DNA of 60,000 bases from Lytechinus pictus. Its lineage: Eukaryota. Shown here one piece after another: positions 11,341 to 24,100 of the stretch. The translations under genes and the position numbers were made by a program. The stretch lies in the NCBI RefSeq assembly GCF_037042905.1, contig NC_087250.1, forward strand, positions 18,478,001 through 18,538,000, written 5' to 3'. Numbering within the stretch: the first letter of the stretch is position 1; each line of letters starts with the position of its first letter. Under the pieces are notes generated by a model. The model saw only the letters and a list, made by a program, of their open reading frames with translations, was not told the origin of the DNA and did no database searches.

Positions 11341-14300
11341 AAAAGTAGCCCCCCTCCCCCAAATTTTTTTTTTGCCTGATTAACTATTTGTAATTAATTC
11401 TGAATCTTTATGTAAAGAACCCCTTTAATATACATGTAGGCCTTCAACTTCAGTTTGATATTCATTTCCACATCCTGCAAATACCATATATCAGCATAAA
11501 TGCCATTCTCATGCATACTAGCAACAGAACTCTTCCCACAAACATAAAATGATGAAAGTGCTATAAAGTTTCATGTACAATAAACTTGTGTAGTTGGATA
11601 AAAATTATGCAAAGTCATAATGAAAACCCGGGCAAAATCCTACAAGCACTGTGCTAAAAATACACTTGATTGATGGGAATACAAATATGGAATTCAACCA
11701 TTTATCAATAAAGGATCTTCTATAAAGCTTTATGCCAATGTAAACCTCAAACCACTTGTAATTTTGATCATTTATTGCTAATTCAAAGATGAGCAGTTCC
11801 TTCCCATTCCTGAAAAGACTATAAGCCCACTCTTTTCATAAAATAGATCAGTGTTCAATCTGTATTGATGAGAAGTTTAGACTCTTGAATTTTGGGGAGT
11901 AAAATAATGTATTTTCACTAGTCATGGACCAAAAAATACCTGTCTTTGAAAAATGAAATACTATGTATTGTAGCTTTTTCTGTACTTCTCAGAGTAGAAA
12001 TCACTTCTTTGAGATTGAAAACCACCCTGTACATGTATTGGTCCTCCAAATATAGGGAGATGGAAAATAAATATTCATTTAAAGTGATTTAATAGTTAAC
12101 ATTGGTTTGACTTTTAAAAAATCTGAGCTAGAAGGTCACACTTGTCACCTGTGTCTGTGATATGTTACAAAAATGAAGCCAAGAAAAAATTGCGTTCGAA
12201 AATAATTATTTAGTGCTTCAAAAATTGAAATATAAAGTGACCGAAAACACCATCTTAATTTCATCACATATACTTATGTGTACTATTTAGGCGTCTATAA
12301 GACGCCTATTTACAAAATCGGGGTTTGCCTTGTAGTTTTAGCTTTTCATTCTCAATAATGGTTGTTTTCAGGGTTTATTAGTTCTAATACATGCACTTGT
12401 ACACATGTTTCATCTTGGTTTGAGAATTTTTTTAATCGGTTGCTCACAAAGTTAAACACTACCTTTAAAAACCACCCTGTACATGTATTACCTGGAGGTC
12501 CTCCAAATATAGGGAGTAGGAAAATAAATATTCAATTGATTGACTTGTAACTTAATATTTGTATTTGTAATATTGTATTTTATTATGCTGTGGAAGAAAT
12601 TGTTCATACCAAATTGACATGTACATGTAGCTCTACTTCTCATAGATTGAAAATAACACTAGTTTTAACAGAACCTAGAGGTCTTTCAAATGAAGGGAAA
12701 TTATAAAATACATGTATTTTTGTAAAGTAATCAGAACAATTGCAATTTAATTGGATTTTAATACAGATAAATTATGCTATGCCTTGGAGTATATCTTCTC
12801 TACATGTACTATTCTGACCAGGGAGGGCATCTCGAAGGGCCTTGTACATGTGGAAAAGACGATACAGAAATATGAAGCATTTGAATGGGAATCAGAGTCT
12901 TCTGCATGTAAAGATCATGGTAATTCACTGTGAATGTGACCACGTGCGTCTTTTTTTAGCTAAGTAATCGTCCACGTTGGCATAAAAGCAACAGCGCAAT
13001 AGAAGGCAATGCTTTCCCCTCCTAGGTAAATTTACACAGCAATGTGGATATTGACCCCGATCCTACCTCCACGTCTTTTGAAGAAGAGCAAATATATCAA
13101 ACAAATATAGGCCTTCAAGGATCGCTTCAATGTGTGTTATAGTTAGCAATGGGGTGAATGTAGAACTGTAGTAGAAAAGCAATACTGCAACAAATGAACA
13201 ATGTAGTTGATAATATACAGAGGATGAAATGTACAATTACAAGTATAAGGGTGTGAATAATTACAATTTAACATACGGGAGTGTGAATAATTTGATGTCA
13301 TGTTTGGTTAAAAAACTGACCCTATTTTGGTTGTAAAGTCAACCCCTTTCCAATGCCTATATCAGGCATATGAAGTTGTATCAAATTCAGTTTCATTTAA
13401 AATGCTTTTTGTCATTTAAAATGTGTTACTTCATGGAATATACTTCCATTTTAAATATTAATAAACTAATGAATAGGCCTATCAAAAATACCATTGCCTC
13501 AGTAACAGTTCAGAGTTAGGGTCCAAATCTAATGGAGATTCAATATCCCTTCCGTAGTTTGAAGGGATTCCTTATTTCACACAAAAATTCTTAAAATCCT
13601 TTCATTTTGGTTAATTTGCTTTAGTTCTGCGATAAAAAAAATTATAAAAGAAAAACCTCTTTCCACACCCCAAAATGGGACTTTTCAATATTACATGTAG
13701 TTGATCCTTGTCATTTTCAGAATTGATGACATGTCCATACTGTACATTCCAATAAATGGGAACAAGGAATTTCCTGAAATAACATTCTTTAAAAATATTT
13801 CCTATTTAATACTACAGTTGCACATTTATCACATAAATAGGAACACACAGGTTAAAATGGCAATTTTCTTTTCCCAAAAATGCATCCAGAAATGTTGCTA
13901 TTTTAAACGAACACTTGGCAGGTACATATATGTATTAAATTCATTCAGGTCTAACAATGTTTGAAATTTGGGTATAACTGAAAAAAAAAATATCTTGACT
14001 ATCATAGAAAATATTATATTTTTGTCTAATAAGTCACTATACATTGTAAGTCTGACGTGTAGAGCTGAAGTTTGCAGATGATTTCCAAATATAACACTTT
14101 GCTAGTTTCACAATTCTGCCTCACACTGTGGAGCTGGGAGTACACCCCTGCTCAAACAATAATATGAAATCACATGTTATATCATGACCAGTAGGATGGG
14201 AAGGTCCCTGGTCAAAACAAGGAGGTTAAAATAGCCATGGACGGACCTCCATGATTTATAAATCATGATACCACTCATGTCTCAATTACAAGCACCATTG

Positions 14301-14511
14301 TCACATCAATATACACATGTACATCAGCACATGCTTAATCTCCCCGTGTTTAGTCCCTGTTAAATCAGGCATGAGACCCCTCTACTCAATCACTCAATTA
14401 CCCCCATTGACAGTTACAGGGCTTTATTACACCAATGGGATTTAAGTTAATCCCTCCCAATCACCTCCCTGAGGGGATTGTCTGGGATGTAAAGTGATAC
14501 CCCCTCTTTAT

Positions 14512-15230
14512 CTCTGGTGTATAATTGGATTGAAAGTGATAAAGTTAGAAGAGAGTGACCTGAAGGAAAGGTCATTAAGGACAACTTTTTTATGTAATGT
14601 TCATTGTTGGCAAAATAAACTTTCTTCTGTTTATGTTTAGGGCTTGATACATGTATGTACTTAACTTTGTCAGCCTGTTGTTTGTAAATAAAACCAGATT
14701 TAATCAAACATAGACAAATTATTCTGTTTATTAATAAAGTAGTTTCTTGCAGGGAGACAGACAGCCAATTAAACTAGCCCCTGGTGAAAAGAATAGTTTC
14801 TCTCAGTGTGTACACAGTGTGGAAAACAAAATGCACACACGAGGGACTAAAAAAATAAATAAATTAAAAAAAAATAATAATAAAAACGTCTGGTGTATAA
14901 TTGGGTTGAAAGTGATAAAGTGAGAATAGTGTGACCTGAAAGAAAGGTCAAATAAAAAGGACAACTTTTTATGTAATGTTGGCAAAATAAACTTTCTTCT
15001 GATTATGTTTAGGGGTTTAAAACGTTATATGATGCCTGCAATTTGTATCTTGTAAAAACAGATGAAAACAGAAACAAAACATTCTCCTTTTTAGAAATAG
15101 AGAAGTTTCATGCAGGGAGAGGAGGGAGACGCCCAACTAAAGTCTAGCCCCTGTTGGAAATAGTTTCTCTCAGTGTGTTCACATAATGCGTTCACAGTGT
15201 TGAACACAAAGTGTACACAGAAAGGACTAA
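14512..15230. repeat. Diverged ~377-bp tandem duplication
   Basis: tctggtgtataattgg.ttgaaagtgataaagt...gtgacctgaa at ~14512 and ~14889, with shared downstream ctagcccc...aatagtttctctcagtgtgt. Confidence 0.8.
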
Positions 15231-15338
15231 AATAGGGTAGGCCTACAAAAAAATGAAACATACAGGGTGCTACATACATTTTATAAGAACTTGCACGATT
15301 GCCCGGGGCAAGTATAAAGTTAGAGTCGGGCAAGTGTT

Positions 15339-16082
15339 ATGAAGTGTCAGAAAGCTGTTGAAAAGACGATGGAGAGAGAAAGAGCAAAGATGAATGAAGA
15401 TATTGATAAAAGAATAGGAAAGCTTACGGAACTTATAGAGCAGAAATTAGGCTGCCTGCATGATCTAGAAGTCTTAATCGACAATAAGCTCAAGCAACTT
15501 CATGATGTTCAACTTTCTTTGGAGAGTGACAAAGATCGAGTCTGTGAGCTGACCCGTGACCTTGATGAACTCCAACAGTATTCTCGCCGCAACAACATTC
15601 GTATCTTTGGGCTTCCAGAAAAACCTGACGAAGACACTGATCATCTTGTGTGTAGTGTAGCTGAAAGGATTGGTATACATATCTCACCGCAGGATATAGA
15701 CCGTTCCCATCGTATAGGGAAGAAACTCACTCATGGATATGAATCTTCATCAACAGATAAAGTGCAAAGAAATTCCTACGCCGGTGCTGCTAGCAACACC
15801 CAGGAGAAGCCAATTCCACCCCGCCCAGTCATTGTTAAGTTTATCTCTTACAAATCCAAACTGGCTTTTATTAAGAATCGACGTAAATTAAAGGGATCTA
15901 AAGTAGTAGTATCAGAGGACCTGACGAAAAGGAACGCCAATTTGCTATCACAAACAGCTCGCAATGAAAAAGTACGCTCGGCCTGGACAATGGATGGAAG
16001 AATATTTGCCTTAATCAAAACAACAAATGGCAAAGAAATACATAAACTCATTACATCTCACACCGCTCTGTCAAACCTGTAG
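15339..16082 (+). CDS. LINE ORF1 protein (coiled-coil + L1-type RRM/CTD)
   Basis: LQQYSRRNNIRIFGLPE, DIDRSHRIGK, PRPVIVKF and VSEDLT motifs. Confidence 0.88.
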   Translation: MKCQKAVEKTMERERAKMNEDIDKRIGKLTELIEQKLGCLHDLEVLIDNKLKQLHDVQLSLESDKDRVCELTRDLDELQQYSRRNNIRIFGLPEKPDEDTDHLVCSVAERIGIHISPQDIDRSHRIGKKLTHGYESSSTDKVQRNSYAGAASNTQEKPIPPRPVIVKFISYKSKLAFIKNRRKLKGSKVVVSEDLTKRNANLLSQTARNEKVRSAWTMDGRIFALIKTTNGKEIHKLITSHTALSNL

Positions 16083-16249
16083 TCACAGGATTTTGCAATT
16101 TTGTAGTCCCAATTCGCTGACACTACCGGGTAATCAATGTTCTGCATCTGAAGGTTATTTTTACCTTGAACCACTGCATCCATGTACTGTTTGCAGATTT
16201 ATGTTTTGAGGTTTGATATTTAATGATAATTTTGTATACATACATGTTT

Positions 16250-17560
16250 ATACTTATATCCATATGTATCAATCCACATCTAGTACCATTATATCAATAT
16301 TTTTGTACAGGCTGTGTGACATTGATCCAGTACATGTACATTCTTGTACCGGTAACTGTTTGTTTGTACTTTAACATGCCTTTGAGCTGCATGTATGATA
16401 CTTATTGGTAGTATTATGTTTACATCTACATCAATATCAACTTGCATATCAACACCAATAACATCCATGAACATCAATAACTACATCGACATGTATATCG
16501 ATATTTTAAGTCTGAGGTTATATTTATTGAGTGTACTGAACTTACATATATCTACATCAACATGTATAATAACAACAACTGTACATCAATACCTACATCT
16601 ATCTACGGTATATCAATATTTTTGCATCCAGTACATGTACATCTTTCTAGATTGGTTGTTTGTGCTTTACGCCGTTGGTAGCACTGTATTTACATTTGTA
16701 CATCAATATCTACATATATATCAACACCAACATGAACATCAATAACTATAACTACATCTATCAATATCATTACTTAATACATATGTCTGACCTTGATCCA
16801 ATACACTTTTGCATTGTTTGCTTAAGTACTCATATGCCTTTGAGGTATGTTATTTATTGACTGTATTGTATTTACATTAATCTACATCAATAGCTACATG
16901 TATATCAACACCAATACCCATGTACATCTACATCTATCAATACTTTGCATGTAAAGGGTGTTTGACCTTGATCAAGTACATCCTTGTATTGTTTGTTTGT
17001 TCTTGATGACTTGATTGCATTTTACTTACATTTATCTACATCAATTTATCAACACCAATATTTACGTACATCAATATCGATATCTTCAATATTTTCTTAA
17101 GTTTAAAGGCTGTTCTACAGTGTAACTTGAATCAGTACATCCTTGTAATGTTTGTTTGTACTGTACATGCTTTTGAGGTGTTATATTTATTGATGGTATT
17201 GGGTTTACATTTATCAACATCAATAATTACATAGATGTATTTCAGCACTAATATCCGTGCACATCAATATTCACATATACATGTAAATATCAATATTTCT
17301 TGCATTGACATGTAATGCATGATTAACCTTGACGAGGTACATGTACATTGTTTATGTGCTTGTACTTCCATGTATGCCTTTTGAGGTATGAAATTTACTT
17401 ATAGTATTGCATTTACATTTATCGACATTAATATCTCTGCATACTAATATCAACACCAACATCCATGTACATCAACATCTATATCAATATTCTTGCACAA
17501 TATATTAAAAGGCTGTTTGACCTTGATCCATTACATCCTTGTATTTAATTGTACAATATG
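16250..17560 (+). repeat. Degenerate 160-200-bp tandem repeats in the LINE inter-ORF spacer
   Basis: Recurring gaccttgatc / tgcctttgaggt / atatcaacacca motifs (e.g. ~16318, 16789, 16965, 17125, 17326, 17519). Confidence 0.75.
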
Positions 17561-17884
17561 CCTTACATATTTCAGTGTATCTTAAAAGTATAGACATCCA
17601 AGAATATTACTGCGTTATTCCAAGCTGTGTGTGTTATTTCCAGAAGATAGGTCTTATTAATAGCTCCCTTTTTTTAACTATGTATTTTGCAGATTCTAGT
17701 CATTATATTTGAAAAGACACATTGTTATAATTCCTATTTTCCATGTTATATTCCTTATAATTCTGCATTTGTTTGTTTGTTTTTATTTGTTATCTTTAAC
17801 TGTTGTTGCTCCCCTCTTAGGTGTTATTCAATTTATTTTTTTTTTTCTTCTTTCTTTGACTTCCATTTACGTACCTACATTTAC

Positions 17885-20800
17885 ATGTCTAGCCGTACAT
17901 CATGTTGTACTTGTGAAATTATATGTGACCGAAACCATAGTCAAGCTGACTCATATGATTTTATATGTTCCATTTGCAATGGAAAACTCCTTCCTTTTAA
18001 CCATATTATTGAAGATGATGAGTTTTTATGGGCACTACAACAGTTTTTTCATATGAATAAGAGTATTCCATATGCTAATGTTCAAAATCTTAAAATCAAT
18101 CCTTTTGTAATGCATAACAACCTCAAAGACGTTCATTATTCTCTCAATCTAAATGCACAATCTGTAGAAGATATCTCACAGGATGAGACATTTCATTTCC
18201 CAACAAATCCATGTTCATATTATCTTCCTGATGATTTTTGTAATAAATATAATAACTCTGACGATAGACTATCTCTATTACACTTAAATGCAAGGAGTCT
18301 CTGCTCAAATTTTAGTAAACTTGAGGAGTTACTGACTTCCCTTGATTTTTCATTTTCTGTGATAGGAATATCAGAAACATGGCTGAATTCTTTCATGTTA
18401 ACGTCTATTTATAATATATCTAATTACTCATTTGTTCACACATGTCGAGATTCCAAGACTGGTGGGGGTGTTGCCTTGTATATTTCCGAAAACGTTGAAT
18501 TCCTTGAAAGACCAGATCTGACTGTAAATAATTTATTTCTTCAAACTGTTTTTATTGAAATTGTCAATGTTAACTCTAAGAATATAATTGTTGGGAATGT
18601 CTATAGACCTCCCAATACAGAAATTGACTTGTTTTTACATGATATGGATTCTCTGCTTATTAAAATACACAATGAAAAAAAAATACTATACTTAATGGGA
18701 GATTACAATATCAATTTGTTAAATACTGATAGACACACTAAAAGCAAAGAGTTTGCTGATAATATGTTCTCATACAATTTATTCCCAGTAATCACCAAGC
18801 CTACACGCATATCATATAAATCTGCTACTATAATAGATAATATTTTTACAAATGCAATCCAATTTGAATATGATAGTGGGCTACTATATTCTGACATTTC
18901 AGATCATTTCCCAATATTTTATGTTGCAAAAAAGTTTAATAATATTTCGATTTCAAGGGAACCCTGCCTGAAGAGAATGATAAATGATGATGGGATCGAT
19001 TGCTTAAAAAAGAAATTGAGCTGTCTAGACTGGAAACCAATCTATGCATCCAACGATGTCAACCATGCCTATGATCTGTTTTACTCAATTTTTTATGATG
19101 CTTATAATGAATGTCTTCCTACTGTTAACAGTAAAAAAAACAAAACACGATTTCACAAACCTTGGATTTCTTCTGGCATCTTGAAATCTATAAACAAAAA
19201 AAATATCCTATATAAAAATTTTCACAGATACTCTGGACCAGAAAAGATTAAAAAAAGGAAAGAAGAAAAATACAAAAGCTATAAAAACTGTTTGGTAAAA
19301 GTAATTCGGTTTGCAAAAAGAGAATATTATAATAAAAAATTTAACACCTTAAGAGGTAACATGAAGAAAACATGGCAAGAAATTAATAACATATTGGGGA
19401 AAAAAGCTCAAATTTCTCTACCAACCAAAATGTTTTACAATAATGAATCTTTTGATACCAATCAAATGAAATCTAATTATTTCAACAGATATTTTGCAAA
19501 TTTGGGCAAAAATCTTGCTCAAGTCATCCCTGACCCCCACACAGAGTTCATGTCTTTTTTAGGAGACAACAATATTCATTCAATGTTTTTTAAACCAACC
19601 AATATAAATGAAATACTAAAGATCTGCTCCTCCTTGAAATCAACGTTTTCCTGTGGCTCTGATGATATTATCCCATCTATTGTGAAAAAATGTATTTATC
19701 AATGTGTCCATCCACTGTGCCATATATATAATATGTCTCTTGAATATGGTGAAGTTCCTAATGCATTTAAAATAGCTAAAATTGTTCCAATTTTCAAAAA
19801 GGGTGATCGTAAAGACATTGTTAACTATAGACCAATTTCTGTTTTACCCATCTTCTCAAAGATACTAGAAAAAATTGTTTTTGAACGTTTGTACAGCTTT
19901 TTGAATCATAACAATATATTAATCTCACAACAATTTGGTTTTCGTAAAAGATATTCAACATACATGCCAATATTTCACATGTATGATCGTATAATGCAAG
20001 AAATAGATAAGGGTAATCTCACCATTGGTATATTTTTGGATCTCTCGAAAGCATTTGACACCGTTGACCATGACATACTTCTTAAAAAAATGAAACATTA
20101 TGGGATAAGAGGTCTCGCTCTTGATTGGTTTGATAATTATTTATCAAATCGCATGCAGTATGTTGTGGTCAACGGTGTCAAGTCAACTTTCAGTCATGTA
20201 TCACACGGCGTTCCGCAAGGGTCTGTCCTCGGCCCCTTGCTTTTCCTTTTGTATATCAATGACCTTGTAAATTGTTCCTCAATTCTTAATTTCATACTCT
20301 TTGCTGATGATACCAGTATTACTCTTTCTCAAAAAAATATTATTCCTCTCATTAACACCATAAACATTGAACTTCGTAAAGTCGTTGTCTGGCTTCAATG
20401 CAATAAACTTTCACTGAACCTTGAAAAAACTAAATTTATACTATTTAAAACACAAACTAAAAAAATTGGTAATGACATTCCTCCAGTTATTATGGATGGC
20501 AAGATTATTTCCCAGGTATCAAATATAAATTTTTTAGGTATCAAGATCAATGAATTTCTATCCTGGAAACCTCATATTGATGAATTATGCACTCGTTTAT
20601 CAAAAAGTACTGGTGTCCTCCGCAAACTGAAGTTTATTTTACCCAGACATGTATTAATTTCACTTTATAATACTTTGGTTTTACCCCATCTCACTTATTG
20701 CTGTATGCTATGGGGTAATGGATTCAAAACACATTTACATAGATTATTTCTTATTCAAAAAAGGTTAATCAGAACAGTTTGTAATGCACATTTCAATAGT

Positions 20801-21145
20801 CACACAAACAAGTTATTTCTTGATTGTAAAATATTGAAAATTTCTGACTTGGTTCTTATGTATACTTATATATTTATGTACAATTACCATTCAAATCTCT
20901 TGCCAAATATTTTTGATAATCTCTTCAACACAAATGCCTCTTTCCATTCATACTTTACGCGTCATTCAGCAGATCTTCACCAATATCTTCCAAAAACTAA
21001 AATTACCCAAAATTCTCTACGTTGTAGAGGAATTAAGCTGTGGAATGATTTAAATAATGATATTAAACAAAGTAAAACCATAAATAAGTTTAAAATACTC
21101 TTGAAAGTTGAATTTTTTGCTCAGTATAAAAACTCCTGCCAATAG
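17885..21145 (+). CDS. LINE ORF2: Cys-rich N-terminus, AP endonuclease, reverse transcriptase (1086 aa from first ATG)
   Basis: HLNARSL, ISETWL, GGGVALY, YRPP, GDYNIN, SDHFP (APE); YRPISVL, FLDLSKAFDTV, GVPQGSVLGP, FADDT (RT). Uninterrupted; the open frame extends up to 17687. Confidence 0.95.
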   Translation: MSSRTSCCTCEIICDRNHSQADSYDFICSICNGKLLPFNHIIEDDEFLWALQQFFHMNKSIPYANVQNLKINPFVMHNNLKDVHYSLNLNAQSVEDISQDETFHFPTNPCSYYLPDDFCNKYNNSDDRLSLLHLNARSLCSNFSKLEELLTSLDFSFSVIGISETWLNSFMLTSIYNISNYSFVHTCRDSKTGGGVALYISENVEFLERPDLTVNNLFLQTVFIEIVNVNSKNIIVGNVYRPPNTEIDLFLHDMDSLLIKIHNEKKILYLMGDYNINLLNTDRHTKSKEFADNMFSYNLFPVITKPTRISYKSATIIDNIFTNAIQFEYDSGLLYSDISDHFPIFYVAKKFNNISISREPCLKRMINDDGIDCLKKKLSCLDWKPIYASNDVNHAYDLFYSIFYDAYNECLPTVNSKKNKTRFHKPWISSGILKSINKKNILYKNFHRYSGPEKIKKRKEEKYKSYKNCLVKVIRFAKREYYNKKFNTLRGNMKKTWQEINNILGKKAQISLPTKMFYNNESFDTNQMKSNYFNRYFANLGKNLAQVIPDPHTEFMSFLGDNNIHSMFFKPTNINEILKICSSLKSTFSCGSDDIIPSIVKKCIYQCVHPLCHIYNMSLEYGEVPNAFKIAKIVPIFKKGDRKDIVNYRPISVLPIFSKILEKIVFERLYSFLNHNNILISQQFGFRKRYSTYMPIFHMYDRIMQEIDKGNLTIGIFLDLSKAFDTVDHDILLKKMKHYGIRGLALDWFDNYLSNRMQYVVVNGVKSTFSHVSHGVPQGSVLGPLLFLLYINDLVNCSSILNFILFADDTSITLSQKNIIPLINTINIELRKVVVWLQCNKLSLNLEKTKFILFKTQTKKIGNDIPPVIMDGKIISQVSNINFLGIKINEFLSWKPHIDELCTRLSKSTGVLRKLKFILPRHVLISLYNTLVLPHLTYCCMLWGNGFKTHLHRLFLIQKRLIRTVCNAHFNSHTNKLFLDCKILKISDLVLMYTYIFMYNYHSNLLPNIFDNLFNTNASFHSYFTRHSADLHQYLPKTKITQNSLRCRGIKLWNDLNNDIKQSKTINKFKILLKVEFFAQYKNSCQ

Positions 21146-24100
21146 CACACTGTAGGTCACTATTATTTATAATTATTACTTCTAGTTTGCTTGTTTGTTT
21201 ATTTCCCCTATGTTTAATAGCCCATTGTTTTTTGTTTTTTTTTAAATTGTATTTCAATGTTATTTGTTGTTCACTCTTTATGTACATGTATGTATTATAT
21301 TAATTTGTATTTGATTGTACCATGGTGGTGCCCCACTCACAAGTTTTTTTTAATGAAAACTTCTAGGGGCTCCCAATCCCATGTTTTTACCTAATTTGTA
21401 TATACCTGTATTTTTATGATTGATTGATTGAAATAAATTTTGAATTGAAATTTGAAATTGAATTGAAGTAAAGACCAAAACTACTTGCCCGAATTGGGCA
21501 AGCAAAAATTCTCACAGTAGAATGATCAAAATTAGGGTCGATATGATATGATATTGACCCTAATTTTGGTCATGACAGGCAGATCAGTTCATGTCAAAAG
21601 AGAGAAAAAAGGTAAAAATAACCGCAAAACTTTATTTTGAAGAGGTAAAACTTTTTTTCAAGGTTTTTTCGGGCCAGTGAAATAGATTTTGGGGCAAGTA
21701 TATTCCAACTATTTGAAAATGTACTTGCCCGACTGGTCAAGTGCTTCTAAAAAGTTATGAAGCACCCTGGAAACATACAGTACATGTTCAAGGTTTTTTT
21801 TTTAAAGTTTCATGCTCCTGGAAAAGCCTTCATTCAAAATGTGACCAATTATCAAAATGCATAACATCTTGGACAAATCCACAATTGCTTCCAAGTTTCA
21901 AAGAGCTATTAATACCCAGGGTTATTTTTTTGTGTTTGTTATCAACTAGAATGGTTTCTCATTAACTTTTCCAGACTCTTATCAGTTTATTCAAAGATTA
22001 TAGCTCCATGATGCTAACCACTGCTAAAGTACATGTATGTACAATTAATGCACATTTGTGTACTTAAAATATTAAGTCTGAGACCCACTCTAATACTGTG
22101 AGCAGTAGGCCTATAATGATATTATCTTTTAATAGTTTCAGCATTCAGCAAAGATAAATACATTATTTCTACAATCAATATTTAAAGAATTTGTCCTCCA
22201 TTAGATGGTTTTTTTAAATGCATTTTATGAAGCAATCCTCTCCACTGAATGGTAATAATTTTAACAGTAAAAAAAATATGGTCACTTGCCAATAGAGCTG
22301 TACAATGAACAAACTATTTAAACACTCAATTGTTTTTCTTTTTCTTTGAAATGGGTGTCTACAAACACTGCATCCGTTTAGGCCTATAGTTCTACGAACA
22401 ATGAATCTCATTTATTTTAGAAATGGTAATCGTTTCCAATTTTGACATCAAAATCAAAGGAGATGAATCATGTCATTTATAAACAGATAAAGAAGTATTT
22501 TTCTGTAAACATAACACACCAACATCATACTCATTATTTTCTTTTTCTTTCAAATTGGCAGCTGGTTTTAATGCCTATTGAAACTTTACTCCTTGTTAAA
22601 AACAAACAAACAAAACAGCAGTAGCTCATATAAGTGGACTATTATTGAGAAAAAAGGACTATTCATCTCCAAAACATAACATGTCAACATGAAAACCATT
22701 GTTTTCTTTGGGAAGGTTTCAACCCTAGTAGTGAACCAACACACTCTTTTTGTTTATGTTTTTTAGAGTAAAACAAAAAAAGTTAATAATTAATCTTTTC
22801 TTTTTAAATAAAAGAAATCAAAGTCATGCGTATGCAGAAAAACACACATTTTTTTACCCCAACATATCACATTAGAACTATTCTTTACATTCTTTTTTTT
22901 GTAATCTTCATTGGATTTCCTAATAGTAGCTTTATCATTTTTTTAAATTCAGCTCTGTATGCCTCTGGCAAATCCTTGATCCATCTATTTGATTCAAGTT
23001 TGTCAAGAGGTTCATACATGTATATCAATGGAAGGGGGCGTGTCTACTAGGGTTTTGTAGTTGCAGCCATTTAAAGGGACATTTTTTACCATATTTTGAA
23101 TTGTTTAATATTCTGTAGACTTTGTCAGGGTTTGCATAGAGAACCAGACCCATACACCAATAAGAAAATTTTAAATTTAGATCTGAGAACTGATTTCCAT
23201 CATTCATAACATACATGTACAGCTCTTAATTGAAATACATTTTCAGCCTAAAAAGATACAGTACACTACGGTATGAACATGATATCAATTGCATGTATAA
23301 AGGCCTTTAAAGGGCAAATTTGTGGATGTAGTGTAGTATCATATCATATTGAATGAAGCCACACCCCCCCCCCCATAAAAAAACCACAATAAAAAAATTG
23401 TCATCATCTCCCACAAGAAGTATGAGAAAGAGGAAAGAGGGAGGGGTGCAGGCAGGCAAAAAAAATATATTTTCATGGTCTACTTTCACATCCTTCTGCC
23501 TAAATCTGCAACATTAAATGAAATAACATTTAATTGGATCTGAGATTTCCAAGGGCTCTTTTTTAAATTTCCAAGGCTATTTTGAGTATTATGTTTGGGG
23601 GCAAATCGCCCGAGCTCATGTGTAATTTTACTTATTCCAAGGATGTACATGATCTAGGAAGGCAGCATTTAAATGTATAGACTTCGTCTTTAATAGGTTG
23701 TATGCCTATTCAACTTTGCCCATACACATCACTATTTAAACACCATTAAACTGATTGATATCTCAATCAGTCTGGAAGACAGACTATCACTTCTCACGTG
23801 TATGCCAATGAGCAATCAGCTAGGAGAAGTCAATTGTGCGTTGGTGTGGGAGGTGAAAAACCCAAGTGCTAACAATCCAGGTTTACACCACGCTTGCATC
23901 AAGCCTGGCCGGCGGGATGACTCAGGACATTTCACAAACCCCTCTTTTTTCCTTCAAATCTACTTTATGAATGAAAAATCTATTTTAAGCATTTAGTCAT
24001 CACTACTCCTCGCATGTGTATTTACAATGTAGATTCTGAATTTAAAGAAGACTAAACAGGGGAAATATTGTTGAGAGAGACTACATGAAGGTCAATAGAG

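Larger units (their letters stand above)
15346..21463 (+). mobile_element. Two-ORF non-LTR retrotransposon (CR1/L2 group, Crack-like), 5'-truncated within ORF1
   Basis: ORF1 + APE-RT ORF2, AATAAA then (TTGAA)n-like tail, flanking TGAAGT duplication (15340-15345 / 21464-21469). Antisense to the host gene. Confidence 0.88.
15263..21769. mobile_element. hAT-type MITE (~380 bp when empty) split by a LINE insertion
   Basis: TIR cagggtgc(tac)ata.../...tatgaagcaccctg, repeated gggcaagt/acttgccc subterminal motifs, perfect 8-bp TSD GAAACATA (15255-15262, 21770-21777). Confidence 0.9.

Noticed and set aside
16395..16860. ORFs in the LINE spacer
   Set aside because: Low-complexity I/Y/T products of degenerate repeats.
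17687..17884. Hydrophobic 66-aa N-terminal extension of ORF2 from a TTG start
   Set aside because: T-rich sequence with no domain signal. The first ATG at 17885 precedes the Cys-rich region and is the more plausible start unless splicing is shown.
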